Position numbers and translations under genes: made by a program
Part shown: positions 48,621 through 61,224 of the stretch, one piece after another
Layout: every line of letters begins with the position of its first letter
Position numbering within the stretch: position 1 is the stretch's first letter
From: Squalus acanthias
Taxonomy: Eukaryota
Length of the DNA: 64,000 nucleotides
NCBI GenBank assembly: GCA_030390025.1
Contig: CM059438.1
Coordinates: 60,452,001-60,516,000 of the forward strand
Direction: 5' to 3'
Notes under the pieces: generated by a model
What the model saw: only the letters and a program-made list of their open reading frames with translations
Told to the model about the DNA's origin: nothing
The model's database searches: none

Positions 48621-49156
48621 TCTTCCACCTGCTGCCCAGTCCCAAAACTGGGCAATCGATCGAACCCTTGTGTGAAATGAAGGTGACCCGTGTGGGAGAA
48701 CCGTGCAGAATTCCTGAAGTAGGCACGATGCCCACTGACCAGGACCACACAGGACCCCACAAACAATGCAGTCTCTCTTTCAACTCTTCTGCTCTGCCTA
48801 TCTACGGAGGGTCCCTACATGCACAGAGCAAATCATTTCCTGAACAAACCCTCCTCCTCACAAATGGGACTTTAAGGTTTGCATTCTCCTCTTCACGCAG
48901 CAGGAGGGTCAGGGTGGAATTTCCACCCGCCACCCCGACCCCACCATGACCCCGATCCATTTTCCCAGGTCGGAGGTCCTTATTTCATTGCATCATAGAG
49001 TGCAGGCTCCTGGTGCATCCCCCCCCACCCCCCCGCCCCCCCGCCAGCAACCAGCAGGAGCCCTCCACTGAAAGGGTGCTGCAGCATGGCACTGGAGAGG
49101 AAAATAGAGGATAACTGTGGTAGAAATAGCAAGGGACTTTTCAGCTGTGTTAGGAG

Positions 49157-49608
49157 TCAGAAAGAAAGACTTGCATTCATATAGCGCCTTTCCCGACCAC
49201 CGTACATCCCAAAGCACTTTACAGCCAAAGCACTTTTTGAAATGGAGTCACTCTTGTAATGGAGGAAATGCAGCAGCCAATTTGCGCACAGCAAGCTCCC
49301 ACAAACAGCAGTGTGATAATGACCAGATAATCTGTTTTTTAGTGATATTGATTGAGGAGTGCATATTAGCCAGGACACCAGGGATAACTCCCGTGCTTTT
49401 CTTCAAAATAGTGCCATGGGATCTTTTACATCCACCCGAGAGAGCAGACTCGGTTTAACGTCTCATCCAGAAGACAGCACCTCTGACAGTGCAGCACTCC
49501 CTCAGTGTCAGCCTGGATTTTTGTGCTCAAGTCTCATGGGTTGGGATTTGAACCCACAACCTTCTGACTCAGAGGCAAGGGTGCTACCCACTGAGCCATT
49601 GGCTGACA
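49157..49608 (-). mobile_element. Full-length Deu-domain SINE
   Basis: tRNA-like head, conserved core and TTTC tail on the minus strand. Confidence 0.9.
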
Positions 49609-49659
49609 TTGAGGACATTAAGGACATGTAGGGCCATTCAAGGATATTTCAGGGCAGAA

Positions 49660-50935
49660 TCGGGTGGATCGATAAGGATATAGTCCTGACTAGATTAAGG
49701 GATCAGATCGAGCTGCTGGCCCTGACAGCATTCACCCAAGGGTGCTCAAAGAAACGGGGGCTGTGCTCTGTGAGCCCCTCGCTCATATATTGAACAGCTC
49801 GCTGGGGTCTGGGATTGACCTGTGGACTGGAGACAGCCCCATGTGGTGACATTATTTAAACCGGGAACTTACAGGCTCATTAGCTTAACTTCAATTACAG
49901 GCAAGTTACTAGAAAGGATCATTAGAGAAACACTGAATGACGATCTAGTCGAGGTTGTTAGAGAATCTCAACATGGCTTCTGAAGAAAAGGTCCTGCTTC
50001 ACCAACCTGGTTGGATTTTCCGAGGAAGCCTGCTGGTTGGTGGATGTAGGTAGCAACTTTGTGTATCTTGATTTTCCAAAAGCCATTAACAAGGTGCCAC
50101 ACAATAAACTACTAAGCAAGGTTGAGTCATCTAGGATTGGCAGGCAGATTTGGGGCCAGATAAGTAACTGGCGACAGAAGGTTGTTCTTGGAGATAGAAG
50201 GTTGTTATTAATGACAGTGGGGACAGGTTACTAGCGGAGTACCACAGGGATCGGTGTGGGAACCATTGCTCTTCCCCATCTTTATCAATAATCTGAATGA
50301 AAGAAAGATTTTGCATTTATATAGTGCCTTTCACGACCACCGGACGTCCCAAAGCGCTTTACAGTCAATGAAGTACTTTTGAAGTGTAGTCACTGTTGTA
50401 ATGTAGGAAGCAATTATCAATAATCTGGATGAAGGCGTTGGGAGAACAGCCTGCAAGTTCAGACATGATACAAAGATTTGTGTGGGTGCAAAGACCTTGA
50501 AATGAGGAAAATAGATTACAAGCACATCTGGACGCGATGGGAGAATGGGCCCGTGTACAACAGATGCCTTTTAATATAAATAACTGTGGTAATATACATG
50601 TGGGTAGGGCCAACGCCAAGCATGTGTACTCCATACGGGGTTACATAGTCAAGGCTTTGGAGTGGGAAGAGGACCTGGGTGTTATAGTGGATAGACCTTT
50701 GAAGGTCCATGACCAGTGTCATGATGATTAAATACAAGACAAGAAATTCTATACTGTCTCTGTATTAGATCTTGGCTCGGCCCCATCTAGGGCATTGTCT
50801 GGTCCCCTCACATGGTGGGTGATACAGAGGCACTGGAAAAGGTACAGAGGAAGACTACTAGATGGCCACCTAGTTTAAAGGCCCTCGGTTACCACAATAG
50901 GCTTCGAGAGCTGGGGCTTTTGATTCTCAGTGGGA
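49660..50935 (+). mobile_element. Old CR1 RT remnant with a SINE tail inserted (about 50300-50410)
   Basis: GPDSIHPRVLKE, SQHGF, YLDFPKAINKVPH, GVPQGSV remnants; TTATCAATAATCTG occurs on both sides of the SINE piece. Confidence 0.8.
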
Positions 50936-51399
50936 GGAGGGCCGGGGAGAGTGGGGGGTCACGGCATTTGGAAGTTGTTCCTTGACATTGATGGAGCACT
51001 GGCCGGTGCAGCCCAGGACAGTTGGTCACAGCTGTGGGTCCACAGCAGGGAACATGGTGAGCAACGCGTGGAAGGCGAGCGCTTTTCTGAGAGGGAAGGA
51101 AGAAGAAAATATTACAGCAGGAAACAGCAGTGGGGAACAGCGAGGAACCCACAGCTGCGCAGTTGACACAAATCACCATCGAGATGAGATCATTTGAATT
51201 AGAATGAAACTGTAGCTGCACCCTGGATAGTAATAACATTTGTTTATAATCTTTGTGGTTTGCACATTTTAATATTTACGCAGATCTGCAATTTATGGCT
51301 GGAAACTTTTTTGCCAACTCATTCGCAGGAGGAAGAAGCAGATATACTGTAACTCTTTCCATTTTCACTAATTTTCAACTCTGCACCTCCGCACCCCTG

Positions 51400-51850
51400 A
51401 CAGTGTCTCACCTCTGAGTCAGAAGGTTGTGGGTTCAAGTCCCACTCCAGAGACTTGAGCACGAAAATCCAGGCTGACACTCCAGTGCAGTACTGGGGGA
51501 GTGCTGCACTGTCGGAGGTGCCATCTTTCAGCTGAGACGTTAAACCGAGGGCCCCGCCTGCCCTCTCAGGTGGACGTAAAAGATCCCAGGGCACTATTTC
51601 GAAGAGGAGCAGGGGAGTTATCCCCGGTGCTCTGGCCAATATTTATCCCTCAATCAACATCACTAAAAAAAAACCAGATTATCTGGTCATTATCACATTG
51701 CTGTTTGCGGGAGCTTGCTGTGCGCAAATTGACTGCCGCGTTTCCTACATTACAACAGTGACTACACTTCAAACAGTACCTCATTGGCTGTAAAGTGCTT
51801 TGGGACGTTCTGAGGTTGTGAAAGGCGCTATAGAAATGCAATTCTTTCAA
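51400..51850 (+). mobile_element. Deu-domain SINE (SacSINE1/AmnSINE1-like)
   Basis: B-box GGGTTCAAGTCCC; core GGAGGTGCCATCTTTC…GAGACGTTAAACCGAGG…AAAAGATCCC…CCCCGGTG; tail AAAGGCGCTATAGAAATGCAA resembles the L2 3' end at 39895-39915. Confidence 0.9.
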
Positions 51851-52179
51851 GGCTTTCTTTTTCTTTGCTGGATAGGGTACCGTGGGCATCAGCACCCTTG
51901 TCATTATTTCTGTGTGAGCCTCAAGGAACATACATGTGTGCACACCCACGGATGCACACATGCATACACAGTGGCACGCACACACATACATGCGCACATA
52001 TGCCATATGTATGCGTACATGCAGGTAGAGACACACACTCAAGCACGTACACACAAGCATTGCACCACCAATCTGTTCATATTGGACAGGATGCAGGTAG
52101 GATATTCAGCTGTGTAGGGCTTCACTGCACCATGACTGAATAAACCAGTTCTGCGACCTCATATCCTACTTGTGTGTTA

Positions 52180-52605
52180 CAGAAAGAAAGAATTTGCTTT
52201 CATACAGGGCCTTTCATATCCTTAGAATTCCCAAAGTGTTTCACAACCAATAAATTTGCTTTTGAAATGTAGTCATTGTTATGCATGCAAATACAGCAGC
52301 CAAGTTACGCACAGTAAGGTACCCCAAACTCCAATGGAGACAGTGACCAGATTATCTGTTGTTGGTGGTGTTGACTGAAGGATACATGTTGGCCAGGACA
52401 CCGGGAGAACTCTCCTGCTCTTCTTCCAATAGTACAATGAGATCCCTTATGTCCACCTGAACAGGTAGACGGGACCTCGGTTTAACGTCTCATCCGAAAG
52501 ACGGCACCTCCGACAGTGCAGCACTCCCTCAGCACTGCACCGGAGTGTCAGCCTAGGTTATGTGCTCAAGTCTCTGGAGTTGGACTTGGACCCACAACCT
52601 TGTGA
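52180..52605 (-). mobile_element. Deu-domain SINE
   Basis: Reverse complement of the same family. Confidence 0.88.
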
Positions 52606-53779
52606 GCAGCAGCCAACACCATGTATAGGCATGTCATTGTCAGATGAATACTGGAAATGTTTTTCTATTGCGAAACCTAGGTGAAGGATCAAGGTCCATG
52701 GCGCAAGTCAAATACAGAGCAGGGGTAAATCAGAAATACTGATCAGCTGGCATCAATCTTGGGTTTTAAAGCCCTATAGATTGCAGAAGAAAACAAAACT
52801 GAGGGAGTTAAGGAATTCCACAGTTTTGAAATCCTGGCAAAGAATGGGTTAGAGTAAGAGACTGTACAAAGAGTCCTGATTTAAACATGGTGAGAATGCA
52901 GGAAGGACGATGAATGATTAGGATGGGCCATTTGGTGCTTAGAAGGAACAAGATAAGGAGCAATTGCCATAGTACTGCCGATAAACTAAAGGAAAGAAAG
53001 GTTGCAGTGACCAGAGATAGAGAGGTTGGGAGCTGGGGGAGAGAGAACTGCCTATCAGACATAATGTTACTTGTCCAGGACACATTGGACAAAGGCCACT
53101 CCGAGGTGCCCGGGAGCTCCTGTAGAGGCGGTGAGGGGCTGTGTCCAGCAGCCTCAGTCAAGCTCCAGCAGTGTGGAACAACGCCTAAGGATAGGAGATG
53201 TGTTTCCTTCTCTGTGAATCTGCCTGATTCTAAACTTCTTCGAGGTCTAAGTGAGCCCGAGAACATTTTACAACGCACGCCCCCAGATTCACTTACAAAC
53301 AAGTTAGGAAAGAAAAATACCCTTGAAAATAAAAGCAGTTAATGGAGGAAAATGGAATGTTTGTGGCAATGTTCAGTGAGAGGAGGAAGCCAAATTCTCT
53401 CTGGGAATTTCGCACACTCTGTGACACGTGTAGAACCGAGCGCAGCCAACACGTGGAGCTCTCCCTCCGAGGCCGCACTCTGCGGTGTAAATGATTCAAT
53501 TTTCAGGGAAACAACAGCACCATAGACCAAGAGAAATATGGATCTACGAATGTGCTTCTGGGTTAAGGCCTCCAGATTCAGTAAAACAAAATCACTGTAA
53601 GATGTAGATCAGCCCTGATCTCATTGAATGGCGGAGCAGACTCGAAGGGGGCTGAATGGCCTCCTCCTGCTCCTATTTGTTATGTTCTTTCTTATGTTCC
53701 TTCCAGAGATTTTCTCCCGTGGTGTTTCAGAACTTCAGGGTCCAGCTTTGCTCTGAGGTGATTGAGTTAGAACTCCAGG

Positions 53780-53960
53780 AGGGGGGTCATTTCAACCCGA
53801 CTCGCCGGGCGGGAAACCCACAGGTTCGGGTGGAACGCCAGTTTTACACCTCGCCCAATATTACTCCGCAACGGAGGGTAAAATCGAGCAGGATGTAAAA
53901 CCAGCGTTGCCCCCGATCCCGTTAGTTTCCCAACAGGCGGATTAGGTTACAATTGCCCCT
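53780..53960. mobile_element. Imperfect fold-back MITE of about 180 bp
   Basis: GGGGTCATTTCAACC … GGTTACAATTGCCCC ends; inner GTTTTACA / TGTAAAAC arms. Confidence 0.6.
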
Positions 53961-55648
53961 CCCCCCCCAACCTAGTGGCAGAATTTTCCCAGGGAGGGCC
54001 AGTGCTTAATATTCCTCTCTCATTTAACTAAAGCTCCTCAGGTTTCAACTGAATAACGCATTAGGAAAATGTATGGGAACAAAGAGTCTTTCAATGCCTA
54101 TGTGTGTGAGTGTGTGTCGGACACGCCTGTGGGAGTGCTGGTCCATTGCCTGATACTTCTGAGGGGAGTGTGTAACTCTGTACAAGGGCAGGCAAACACA
54201 TCCTTCCTGACACGGGACAGGCAGCCTCAGTGCGATCCAGCGTTAGCTTCCCACAGTGCGGAACAATTCCCAGCGGAACAGCATCAGGAAGGGAAGCCCG
54301 GCCTGGTGGAGAGGAGGAGAGCTGCCGAGCAGTCAGTGGCAACGGTAGAACGTGAGTATCTCTTAAGATGCTCCGCCTTTACTTAGACATTCAACAGTGC
54401 ATGTGCTCTCCTGCAAAAATATTTTTGTATTTTGGGCAAGGTCAGTTTTCAGTGCAACACAGCAAACACTGTTTTGGTGCAGTTTTCAGGGCATTGCTAG
54501 TAGATTACATGGTTGATGTACCCCCATCAAAATGTGCCTAACATAGACATCTCAAAGAAGTCGGGCTGTCAATGCTCCAGGATGCTCCTGGAGTCTTAAG
54601 GAATTAAAATGTAATCTCCGGGTCACTCCTGCAAGCAACCTGAGAATATGGTATTGAGATAGAGGATCAGCCATGATCATATTGAATGGCGGAGCAGGCT
54701 CAAAGAGCCGAATGGCCTACTCCTGCTCCTATTTTTCTATGTTTCTAACACGGGAGAAAACGATCATAGGGGCATTAAAAAAAATTGTGTTTTGCTCATT
54801 CTCTTTCGAACACTTTTATTAATTAGTTATAAAAATATTGGCGATGGGGGAAAAAAGGCTGTTTGACCGGGTGGGGCGGTTGGAGGTCGGAGGTGATGTG
54901 ATGAAACCTCCAGGAATATGTCCAGTCGGAGTTGGGTACTCTACAAACAAGCCATCAGAAATAGGTGTTGAGTGGAGCTGCCTGGTACCCACCATACAGG
55001 GAGCAATCAACAACAACAGCAAGCGTTGATATAGTGCCTTTAGCGTAGTAATAGGTGCCAAGACACTTATCAGGGAGAAAGTGGGCTGGGGAAAGGAAAT
55101 TGATTGTGGGCCTTCCTTTAGCTGGAAGTGGCAATGGTGCTGAACGTGGGGAAAGGTTCGAAGGAGTGAGAATTTTTTTAATTGGGCAAAATATAAATCC
55201 ATTGTCTTGTCGAGAGCCGCCCAATATTCACGGCCTGTTCTTTCAGACAGGCGCTCAGTTGGTAGCACTCTGAGTCAGAAAGCCGTGGGTTCAAGTCCCA
55301 CTCAGAGACTTGAGCACAAAACCTAGGCTGACACTCCAGTGCAGTACTGAGGGAGTGCTGCACTGTCGGAGGTGCCGTCTTTCTTGTGAGACGTTAAACC
55401 TAAGCCCCGTCTGCCCTCTCAGGTAGATGTAAAAGATCACATGGCAATTTTCGAAGAAGAACAGGTGGGTTCTACATAAGAACATAAAAAATAGGAGCAG
55501 GAGTAGGCCATTCGGCCCCTCAAGTCTGCTCCGCCATTCAATAAGATCATGGCTGATCTGATCTTGGCCTCAACGCCACTTTTTGCCTGTTCCCCATAAC
55601 CCTTGAATCCGCTGTAGTTCAAAAATCTGTCTATCTCAGCCTTGAATA

Positions 55649-57536
55649 TAAGAACATAAGAACATAAGAAATAGGAGCAGGAGTAGGCCAATCGGCCCCT
55701 CGAGCCTGCTCCGCCATTCAATAAGATCATGGCTGATCTGATCCTCACCTCAAATCTAAAGAACACAAGAAGTAGGAGCAGGACCTGGCCACTCAGCCCC
55801 TGGGCCCGCTACGCCACCCACAGGGCCTCGACCGATCCAAACTCAGCCTCATGTCCAATTTCCTGCCCGCTCCCCATAACCCCTAATTCCCTTTACTTCT
55901 AGGAAACTGTCTATTTTTGTTTTAAATTTATTTAATGATGTAACTTCCACAGCTTCCTGGGGCAGCAAATTCCACAGACCTACTACCCTCTGAGTGAAGA
56001 AGTTTCTCCTCATCTCAGTTTTGAAAGAGCAGCCCCTTATTCTAAGATTATGCCCCCTAGTTCTAGTTTCACCCATCCTTGGGAACATCCTTACCGCATC
56101 CACCCGATCAAGCCCCTTCACAATCTTATATGTTTCAATAAGATCGCCTCTCACTCTTCTGAACTCCAATGAGTAGAGTCCCAATCTACTCAACCTCTCC
56201 TCATATGTCCACCCCCTCATCCCGGGGATTAACCGAGTGAACCTTCTTTGTACTGCCTCGAGAGCAAGTATGTCTTTTCTTAAGTATGGACACCAAAACT
56301 GTATGCAGTATTCCAGGTGCGGTCTCACCAATACCTTATATAACTGCAGCAATACCTCCCTGTTTTTATAATCTATCCCCCTAGCAATAAAAGCCAACAT
56401 TCCATTGGCCTTCTTGATCACCTGCTGCACCTGCATACTAACTTTTTGATTTTCTTGCACTAGGACCCCCAGATCCCTTTGTACTGCAGTACTTTCCAGT
56501 TTCTCGCCATTAAGATAATGGGCCGAAAATTGATCCCGGGACGCGAGAGTACGCACTGCGTACTCTCGCGTATTCCCACTCCAATTGCCGGTTTTCTGCA
56601 TGCCCTGCGCATGCGCTGAAAACCGGCAATTGCTCTTCTGAAAAGGGGGCGGGTCCTCGGTGCATCGCGTGCGCGCTACAGGCTGCGCGCACGCTGTGCA
56701 CTTCATGCTTTGGACGCGCAGGTAAGTACTGAAGATTTTGGAAATGTAAAAAGGAGGAGTAAGACCCACTTTTAAGAAGGTAAGTAGTGAATTAAGTATT
56801 TTTTTGAATTTTTTTTAACAGGTATATCTTTTTTAGAGCATTTAAAGACAGGTAAGTTTATTTTTATAACTTTTTAAAGATTTTAAATTTTTTCAAAAAT
56901 TTAATTTTTTATTTAAAATGGTTAATTTAATTAACTATACTTATTTTATTAATGTGATGGTTTTTTTTTATTTAATTGAGGTTTAGCTGTTATTTTGGGG
57001 GGGTGTAAGATTCATAGATTTCACAGCAGGTCTGTGAAACTTATGAATGGAAGATGGTGTGCTGCCATTGGCTCTAACTGAGTCACGTGATCCCACAGCT
57101 CGCACGAATTCACTACGCCGGTGGGATACGCAAGCACTGCACTGCAGCTGTCCAGAACATCAAGTTCGTGCGAGCTGGATCTGAAAAAGCACAAGCGAGG
57201 TGAGACATCGCGGGGAAGGCTTACCCCCGCGGGAACAGAGCGAGATCAATTTCTGGGCCAATAACTTGCTCTCTGATTTTTCTTGCCAAAGTGCATAACC
57301 TCACATTTTCCAATATTGTATTGCATCTGCCAAATCTCCGCCCACTCACCCAGCCTGTCTATATCCCCTTGTAGGTTTTTTATGTCCTCCTCACTTTCTA
57401 CTTTCCCTCCTATCTTTGTATCATCTGCAAACTTTGATATGTTACACTCGGTCCCCTCCTCCAAATCGTTAATATAGATTGTAAAGAGTTGGGGACCCAG
57501 CACCGACCCCTGCGGAACACCACTGGCTACTGGTTG
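55649..57536 (-). mobile_element. CR1 copy B (same subfamily as 12658-15063) nested in copy A
   Basis: Protein nearly identical to 12697-14826 (LGPQLFTIYINDLEEGT…GYGERAG-WT); own tail at 55649. Confidence 0.92.
56520..57259. mobile_element. 740-bp Harbinger-type MITE inside CR1 copy B
   Basis: TIR GGGCCGAAAATTGATC / GATCAATTTCTGGGCC; perfect TSD AAT (56517-56519, 57260-57262); removal restores the CR1 frame …QRASYYLNG…. Confidence 0.93.
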
Positions 57537-60467
57537 TATATATTCAGTGACTCAGCCTCCACAGCTCTCTGGGATAGAGAATTCCAAAGATTCACGACCC
57601 TCTGAGAGAAGAAATTCCTCCTCATCTCCGTCTTAAATGGGTGACCCCTTATTCTGAAACTATGCCCCCTAGTTCTAGATTCCCCCACGAAGGGAAACAT
57701 CCTCTCAGCATCTACCTTGTCAAGCCCCCTCAGAATCTTATATGTTTCAATAAGATCACCTCTCATTCTTCTAAACTCCAATGAGTATAGGCCCAACCTG
57801 CTCAACCTTACCTCATAAGACAACCCCTTCATCCCAGGAATCAACCTAGTGAACCTTCTCTGAACTGCCTCCAATGCAAATATATCCCTCCTTAAATAAG
57901 GAGACCAAAACTGTGTGCAGTACTCTAGGTGTGGTCTCATCTGCCAAATTTTTGCCAACTCACTTAACCTATCTATATCCCTTTGCAGACTTTTTGTGTC
58001 CTCCTCACAGCTTGCTTTCCCACCTATCTTTATATCGTCAGTAAATTTGACTACAGTATACTCGGTCCCTTCATCCAAGTCATTAATATAGATTGTAAAT
58101 AGTTGAGGCCCCAGTACTGATCCCTGTGGCACCCCATTAGTTACAGTTTGCCAACCTGAAAATGACCCATTTATCCCAACTCTCTGTTTTCTGTTAGTTA
58201 GCCAATCCTCTATCCATGCTAATATATTACCCCCAACACCATGAGCTCTTACCTTGTACAGCAACCTTTTATGTGGCGCCTTATCGAATGCCTTTTGGAA
58301 ATCCAAATACGCTACATATACTGGTTCCCCTTTATCCACCCTGCTCATTATATCCTCAAAGAACTCTAATAAATTTGTCAAACACGATTTCCCTTTCATA
58401 AAACCATGTTGACTCTGCTTGACTGTATTATGATTTTCTAAATGTCCTGCTACTACTTCCTTAATAATGGATTCCAGCATATTCCCAATGACAGATGTAA
58501 GGCTAACTGGCCTATAGTTTCCTGCTTTCTGTCTCCCTCCTTTCTTGAATGTGGGCATTACATTTGCGGTTTTCCAAACCGCTGGGACCTTTCCAGAGTC
58601 TAGGGAATTTTGGAAGATTACAACCAATGCATCCACTATCTCTGTAGCCACTTCTTTTAAGACTCTAGGATGCAGGCCATCAGGTCCAGGGGACTTGTCA
58701 GCCTTTAGTCCCATTAGTTTGCCTAGTACTTTTTCTCTAGTGATAGTGATTGTTTTAAGTTCCTCCCTCCCTTTTGCCCCTTGATTTTCCACTATTATTG
58801 GGATGCTTTTAGTGTCTTCTACCGTGAAGACAGATACAAAATATTTGTTCAAAGTCTCTGCCATTTCCTTGCTTCCCATTATTAATTCCTCAGTCTCATT
58901 CTCTAAGGGACCAATGTTTACTTTAGCTATTCATTTCCTTTTTATATACTTGTAGAAGCTCTTAATGTCCGTTTTTATATTTCTTGCTAGTTTACTCTCA
59001 TAATCTATTTTCTCCCTCTTTATTATTTTTTTAGTCATTCTTTGCAAATTTCTAAAAATTTCCCAATCCTCTGGCCTACCACTAGTCTTCGCAACATTGT
59101 ATGCCTTTTCTTTCAATTTGATAACCTCCTTAACTTCCTTAGTAAGCCACGAATGGTTTATCCTTCTCGTAGAGTCTTTCCTTCTCACTGGAATATATCT
59201 TTGTTGAGAGTTATGAAATATCTCCATAAAAGTCTGCCCACTGCTTATCTACTGTCTTACCTTTTAATCTATTTTCCGAGTCCACTTTAGCCAACTCTGT
59301 TCTCATACCCTTGTAATTGTCTTTATTTAAGTTTAAGACACTAGTTTCAGACCCTGGTATCCTGGCCAATATTTATCCCTCAACCAACATCACGAAAACA
59401 GATTATCTGGTCATTATCACATTGTTGTTTGTGGGAGCTTGCTGTGCGCAAATTGGTTGCTACATTACAACAGTGACTACACTTCAAAAATTGCTTCATT
59501 GACTGTGAAATGTCTTGGGACATTCTGAGGTTATGAAAGGCTCGACATAAATGCAAGTTCTTCTTTCTTTCTCTCTCTTAACGTCATGCACGCAGCCTAA
59601 TATCCTCAGGATGATGCCCCCAATGGGATGGCCCAGATATAGTATGGCACCATCAATGAGCTCATGCAGACTATGCTGCTCCATAGATGCGGGGTCTACT
59701 TCTTAGCTATCTGTAATTTTAACAACATACAGCCAAGTATAAAATAACAATCTTGCCATCATGCTTACTTTTGTTGGATTGTTAATAGAATGGAATTAAT
59801 CCCGTTTACAGCCACAGTTATCATGACATAGAGTGAAATGGTGATACCCTCCCCACTCTCCGACGGTGTCTCACTGCTGTTTAGAGGTGTGCCGCAATGA
59901 CCCAGGATAAGGTTCCCTTTGGCTTTTCCTCTCCTCCTGAGAGCGGCAGCATGCTGTGCCACAGAAGGTGGCCTGTACATTATCCGTGCCCACAACCCCC
60001 TCATATAGGGAGGTCAGACTATGTCACTGTGAGAAGTACCTGAGCATCACTCTGCCTCTCCCCTCACACACACACAAAGCTTCTACCAACACCCAGCCAG
60101 TGTTTAACCCTGTGCTTGTGTAAAGCTTGGTTCCACTTGGACTTAGAGCACAACGATTGCAAGGTCTTTATAATATATATTAGGAAATGCAACATGGCGT
60201 GAAAGCAGAAGGAAGATGAATGCACAGATTATCATTTTCCACTCGGCAGTAAACCGGTGTTAAAATTATTGCCCTCCTTGGCAGTAAGGAGCTACAGGAT
60301 GGAGGATAGTTCGAGGCAGCACCTCCTCCTGACCTGCACCTGGTTCTCCTGGACAGCTCATCATCCAAGATCTTATCATTCTCCAGAAATACTCCAGTAT
60401 TATCCCTGGAATACAGAAACCGGTTTACAGATAGATCCTTAAACACCCAGGATGAGCTTACAATGTG

Positions 60468-60600
60468 GGTTCCGACGAAGGGTTTCGACCTGAAACGTTA
60501 ACTCTCTTTCTCTCTCCATGGATGTTGCCTGGCCTGCTGAGTTTTTCCAGCGTTTTCTGTTGTTATTTCGGATTTCCAGCATCCGCAGTATTTTGCTATC
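60468..60600 (+). mobile_element. Penelope-like terminal repeat fragment with hammerhead-like motif
   Basis: CCGACGA-AGG-GTTTCGA-CCT-GAAACGTT then …CCTGCTGAGTTTTTCCAGC…. Confidence 0.65.
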
Positions 60601-61224
60601 GTTACAATGTGGGTCAATGGGAGCAGATCACTTTATTACCCGTCTGCAGCCTGTCTATCACGCAAATCCAGCCTGTGTTATATTAACTCTGTAATGTGTA
60701 GCTGCTGGCTGTTGTCTGGAGGAAGGGGGTTGGCAGTCAGCTGTCGGCCTGAGGAGTGCTGAATTCGCTGTTTGATTAATGCTTGCGTCTTTGTGTGGGG
60801 GAGGTGAGAGGGGCCCAGGACAGTGGCTGCAATTCTTTCACAGCTCGGGTGTTTGCTTGGGCAATGGAGAGTACGGCATTTACTGCGTTGAAGCACTTCC
60901 CACCTGGCCAGTGCCACGAGTGTCGGAAAGGGCCTGCTTTTGTGTGTTTGGAGGTGGCGGATTGCCCCAGGAGATTGTGTACAACGGCCACGTCTGTCAT
61001 TTAAAAGTTAAAAAGAAAAAACTTGCATTTACTCAGAACGTCTCACCGTTCTTTACAGCCAATGAAGTACTGTTTGAAGTGCAGTCACTGTTGTAACGTA
61101 GCAGCCAATGTGATACTGAACAGATTATCTGTTGGTTGAGGGCTATATAGTGACCAGAACACTTGGCATAGACCAGCTGGGCAAAATGGCCTGTTTCTGT
61201 GCTGTAAATTCTATATACAGCGAT

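Larger units (their letters stand above)
55474..59351 (-). mobile_element. CR1 copy A (55474-55648 and 57537-59351), with internal deletion
   Basis: RT frame 57527-58879; in-frame deletion joining IWQM to RPHLEYC; 3' end and (TTCTTATG)n tail at 55474. Confidence 0.92.
55251..59575 (+). mobile_element. Deu-domain SINE split in two (55251-55473, 59352-59575) by nested CR1s
   Basis: …GAAGAAGAACAGGTGGGTTCT | CCCTGGTATCCTGGCCAATATTTATCCC… rejoins the SINE sequence seen in intact copies. Confidence 0.88.

Noticed and set aside
51400..51460. tRNA genes suggested by A/B-box-like motifs
   Set aside because: These are SINE heads continuing into the SINE body; no complete cloverleaf.
51930..52060. His/Thr- or Cys/Val-rich ORFs
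   Set aside because: Translation of a degenerate (CA)n-type microsatellite.
53100..53500. Possible non-coding upstream exon of the RING gene (minus-strand donor GTAAGT at about 53295)
   Set aside because: Only a splice-like hexamer in non-repeat sequence; not supportable without transcripts.
55849..56769. 306-aa ORF fusing a Cys-containing N-terminus to a CR1 C-terminus
   Set aside because: The N-terminal part is read-through of the MITE arm from a non-ATG start; chance in-frame junction.
59590..60460. Candidate exons/ORFs in unique sequence (59765-60004, 60180-60446)
   Set aside because: Splice-like signals exist, but no recognisable protein similarity or consistent multi-exon frame.
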